Assembly (NCBI GenBank): GCA_030141605.1
Contig: JAQGDQ010000005.1
Coordinates: forward strand, 1,240,180-1,304,179
Direction of reading: 5' to 3'
Length of the DNA: 64,000 nucleotides
Origin: Tubiluchus corallicola
Lineage: Eukaryota; Animalia; Priapulida
The translations under genes were made by a program, and so were the position numbers. The notes beneath the pieces were generated by a model. It did no database searches. It was not told where the DNA came from and worked only from the letters and a program-made list of their open reading frames with translations. Shown here piece after piece: positions 61,601-64,000 of the stretch (its first letter is position 1; every line of letters begins with the position of its first letter).

Positions 61601-63048
61601 TATTAAACATTCTTAAGTGAGTTACACATTGTCTCCAATCTAGTACGAAGTAAGTAATAGCTAGTTGATTACTTATAGGGCTGAGGAAAAGGCACTCTCA
61701 TCTGACTCAGATCAGGACAACAAGGAAAGGCCGTCATATCCAAGAAGGCGACACAAGAAAGAAGGTGAATTGAAGGTTATTTAACACTTATTAATGGAGT
61801 CATAAGTTGACAAAATAAACAAAACAGATTTTGAAAAATTTAAACAATAAGAGGCAAATTTCTGACAGCTTGTAAACATTGAATAACAACATGTTTATTC
61901 AAAAGTGATACTAATAGCAGTTATATCTGATATATCTTACAAAATTAGCATCACTTTATAAAATACCAGCGCATTCTTTTCCCTCTTTGATTCGTTTGTT
62001 TAATGTTAACGTATAAGCTGTCAGTGCCATCTGTTGTGCATGATGTGTTACTTTCCAGGAGCTGTTATCTCACAGTTTATTATAGCATTCCAAAATTTAT
62101 TAGTAAACTCCAGGATAAATTATTTATAATATTTTCAAAACAAATTGTGAATGATGCTTCTTTTTAAATGCTGGTTTTTTTATTTAAAGAATGTAATTAT
62201 TTAGAACTTGAATGAATAAGTAGTTACTGTTACCACAGAATGTCTTACGTATGTGCGGTTTCTTCTGTTCTTGGTATGAAACAAATAAAATGTATAAAAA
62301 ATTATTTTGAAAAAAATAAAAAACTTGAAAGCTTGTTTCATTTCATTATCTGTGTTATGTATGCTTACATAGTAATGTTTTAATTTACTTTTTTGGCATT
62401 AAGTTTCAAATAGTTACTATTTCTATGATATATTTTATTTAGTTTGTTGTTGAGCCCATTAGTGTTAAAAAGTCTGTTATGAGTATATCATGAAATAAAA
62501 TGAATGAGTATATCATGTATAAATGAAATAAAACAGAGACAAAGATATTTTACCTTGCCCCATGGAGGAAGGGAAGAAAGATTAGGATGCAAGTTTGGGA
62601 AATTAGTGCTTTTGGCATGAGTTTATTGTCTATGACGATTTGTGAACCGAATTTGGCCAAAAAGAATGTCAGATCTTAAAGGCAAATATGAAAATGAGGG
62701 GACCTACAATATCATCTATGCTTTGCTCATTATAGTGATGTTTCACAAAGTGTATATTTCCAGGTTTGACGCAATCTACGGAAAGACTTGCTGTTCCACG
62801 GCATGAGGCATCAGCTGACAGTTCCGATGCTTCGTCGGCAAGACAAGGAGGAATTCCCTTAGTTGCAACCGTCCCTGTTGGACAGCCAACTAAAACATTT
62901 GTAGAATATGTTGATACTTCGTTGACACCACAAACGACACCTGTGATGAGACGAGCACGCAAGGAAGGGCCAGATGCTGAAAAGATTCAAAAAGACAAAA
63001 GTGCTAAGAGAAAATCTGCTTTGAATGCATCCGATCAACCTGATACGA
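40920..63048 (+). CDS. SVIL: Supervillin-like protein, long isoform, 5' part only (about 1,660-1,680 aa in window; gelsolin repeats and headpiece expected beyond the window)
   Basis: Exons 40913/40920-43253, 46098-46514, 46663-46764, 51538-51808, 54534-55493, (59264-59326), 60339-60510, 60987-61196, 61314-61457, 61679-61764, 62764-63048 join in frame via GT-AG introns; PETKAERMARFKEERRKQLTAR at 61393-61457 matches the supervillin N-terminal motif ESKAERIARYKAERRRQL. Confidence 0.72.
42345..42432 (+). repeat. Coding 36-bp tandem repeat (HGNPGYGGSNPG) x2.4
   Basis: GGCAATCCAGGTTATGGTGGTTCTAATCCTGGTCAT at 42348 and 42384, partial copy at 42420. Confidence 0.9.
43398..43657. repeat. Recent tandem duplication of 128 bp (period 132)
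   Basis: 43398-43525 and 43530-43657 identical except one T/C difference, separated by GTCA. Confidence 0.93.
44684..45270. mobile_element. hAT-type non-autonomous element with 8-bp target-site duplication
   Basis: Termini CAGAG...CTCTG, flanks GTCTAGTG (44676-44683) and GTCTAGTT (45271-45278), repeated ATCTGCA/ATCCGC subterminal motifs. Confidence 0.65.
46098..46514 (+). CDS. SVIL: Supervillin-like exon
   Basis: Phase 0-0, VKGPGPSSQ...LDTAISQLEDLYEKLNQDEQEL...YEPQ. Confidence 0.85.
46663..46764 (+). CDS. SVIL: Supervillin-like exon
   Basis: EPSPLMRSKSSPNIKSSAASISQYSYAKSPLDIK; donor AAG|gtatgt. Confidence 0.8.
48221..48257. repeat. (CT)n microsatellite within a polypyrimidine tract
   Basis: Run of TC dinucleotides with one interruption. 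Confidence 0.85.
51538..51808 (+). CDS. SVIL: Supervillin-like exon
   Basis: EQKYMPDSAVQQPPYSWY...RAQSAP...YVPPHQ; donor AAG|gtaagt, phase 0-1. Confidence 0.85.
53821..54279. mobile_element. Young MITE of the Tc1/mariner-pogo type with perfect TIRs and TA target duplication
   Basis: TACCGTATTTTCCCGTGTATAAGAGACCCTT (53821-53851) is the exact reverse complement of 54249-54279; extra internal TGTATAAGAGACCC copies at 53853 and 54204. Confidence 0.92.
54534..55493 (+). CDS. SVIL: Supervillin-like exon
   Basis: 960-nt open phase 1-1 exon, ttttacag acceptor, AAG|gtaag donor; DDMAVRNLRR, ELDDLLSNL. Confidence 0.87.
58557..58688. repeat. (AAT)n microsatellite with ATC variants
   Basis: About 20 perfect AAT units at 58557-58618 followed by mixed ATA/ATC units. 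Confidence 0.95.
59264..59326 (+). CDS. SVIL: Candidate 63-nt cassette exon of the supervillin-like gene
   Basis: ttttcttcattgcag acceptor, CAG|gtaagc donor; open in the phase-1 frame (GRRTQQQQPQGDQIQHGCSST) and in phase 0 (VEEHSSNSRKGIKSSMVVLQQ). Confidence 0.6.
60339..60510 (+). CDS. SVIL: Supervillin-like exon
   Basis: DARPSFLQSVLGG...RETVEDVLARYP...PVTR; phase 1-2. Confidence 0.8.
60987..61196 (+). CDS. SVIL: Supervillin-like exon (not in ORF track)
   Basis: FYPTKPDAKRQHKYGAARSKT...IKATAGKFEQII...WAKDAY; phase 2-2. Confidence 0.8.
61314..61457 (+). CDS. SVIL: Supervillin exon with conserved N-terminal supervillin motif
   Basis: QKGVRERVERAREAFGSDSDKQSSLHPETKAERMARFKEERRKQLTAR. Confidence 0.85.
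61679..61764 (+). CDS. SVIL: Supervillin-like exon
   Basis: AEEKALSSDSDQDNKERPSYPRRRHKKE; phase 2-1. Confidence 0.78.
62764..63048 (+). CDS. SVIL: Supervillin-like exon, last in window
   Basis: tttccag acceptor, CGA|gtaagt donor; GLTQSTERLAVP...KRKSALNASDQPDT. Confidence 0.82.
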
Positions 63049-63379
63049 GTAAGTTTACTGCTCCATCTTTTCATATATCTATAACTATACAAAAATAGAT
63101 TTTTGTCACCTCTCCTAACATTAATGGAAGCTTTGGAACTGGGGATGCCTTCTGAGTTAACCTTTAACAGATAGTATTTCTAGTTTTCTTTGACAGCTAT
63201 GAGTAAAATAGGCTGTTATCTCTTGTTTTTTTAATGTACATTGTTATGTACAAATATACACTAGCTGAATAGCTCAATCGGCACGTGGATTCGACTCTAC
63301 AACCAGACGTGTTATGTAAAATATCGTACTGCCATGTGATAACTGGTAAGTACATGGTATTATAAAAGTGAAAGCAAGC

Positions 63380-63688
63380 CGGTGTTGCAGTACTCGGGCT
63401 GAAGTTTGGGACTCTATTTGCAATTTGCTTTAGACTTGGACTCAAGACTTGATTCAGACTTGTAATAAATGAATCCCAACTTGATTTGGACTCGGAATGA
63501 CGAAGTACTGACTCAACTTGTGAATCAAGCTGCATGAACAGTAAAACAAACAACAACAACAACAAATAACTAATTACAGCCTTCAATGCCTCATTCATTC
63601 AGTGCTCGTTATCTGAAGCCATATTTGTATATTATGCCTAAAGTGGGCTAGATTTGCACTTGGGCATAACGACTCGAGTCTAACACTG
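63380..63688. mobile_element. Decayed non-autonomous DNA element with GACTC/GACTTG subterminal repeats
   Basis: Left CGGTGTTGCAGTACTCG, right GACTCGAGTCTAACACTG, many GACTTG/GACTC copies between; no clear TSD. Confidence 0.45.
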
Positions 63689-64000
63689 AGTCAAAGTAAT
63701 AATGATCTGTCTATACTGCTCGTCTGTGCAAATTATGTCTGTAATTTGAGGAGCACTGACTGAGCTATAAGAAAGGATCCCATAATTATAATAAGAATAA
63801 TATTCATGTTGAAGAGCATTTCTTTATTTAACGGGTAAACTATGTCATTGCTATGCAAAGAACTAAATTTGCTGAATGCCTTGAACACTTTTAACTAAAT
63901 TCCTTTATTCGTATTTACAAGTTCAAGTTAAGGCTCAATTGCCCAGCAAGTTCAGAAGTTCTCCACATGGTGTGTTCAGTAAAAACATCATCAGCTTGAG

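Noticed and set aside
61644-61649. 6-nt microexon candidate tag|TACGAA|gtaagt
   Set aside because: Downstream intron to 61679 would be only 29 nt, well below the smallest credible introns here (about 88-91 nt)

Overview
AT-rich, intron-containing genomic DNA of an invertebrate bilaterian animal (not prokaryotic). Three protein-coding genes can be reconstructed from GT-AG splice sites with consistent phases: (1) the last exon of a KLF6/7 (luna-type) Kruppel-like factor on + (584-762), probably followed by a long 3' UTR; (2) a complete ORP3/6/7-family oxysterol-binding-protein-related gene on - (19 coding exons, 26244 down to 11336, about 936 aa, PH + FFAT + ORD domains); (3) the 5' part of a supervillin-like gene on + (ATG 40920, running out of the window after 63048) with an unusually long, roughly 1,500-aa low-complexity N-terminal region ahead of the supervillin 'KAERIARYK' motif. 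Introns and intergenic DNA contain a degenerate CR1/L2-type LINE, an RTE-like endonuclease remnant, several non-autonomous DNA transposons (one with perfect TIRs, one hAT-type inserted in a tRNA-derived SINE), tandem duplications and microsatellites. I found no unambiguous novel system. The best leads are the giant supervillin N-terminus with candidate poison, dual-frame and alternative first exons, a dense STAT/TCF/CRE/TEAD motif cluster downstream of KLF6/7, and a CTCF-anchored element with interleaved inverted repeats between the convergent genes. All exon models are read by eye and need RNA-seq confirmation.
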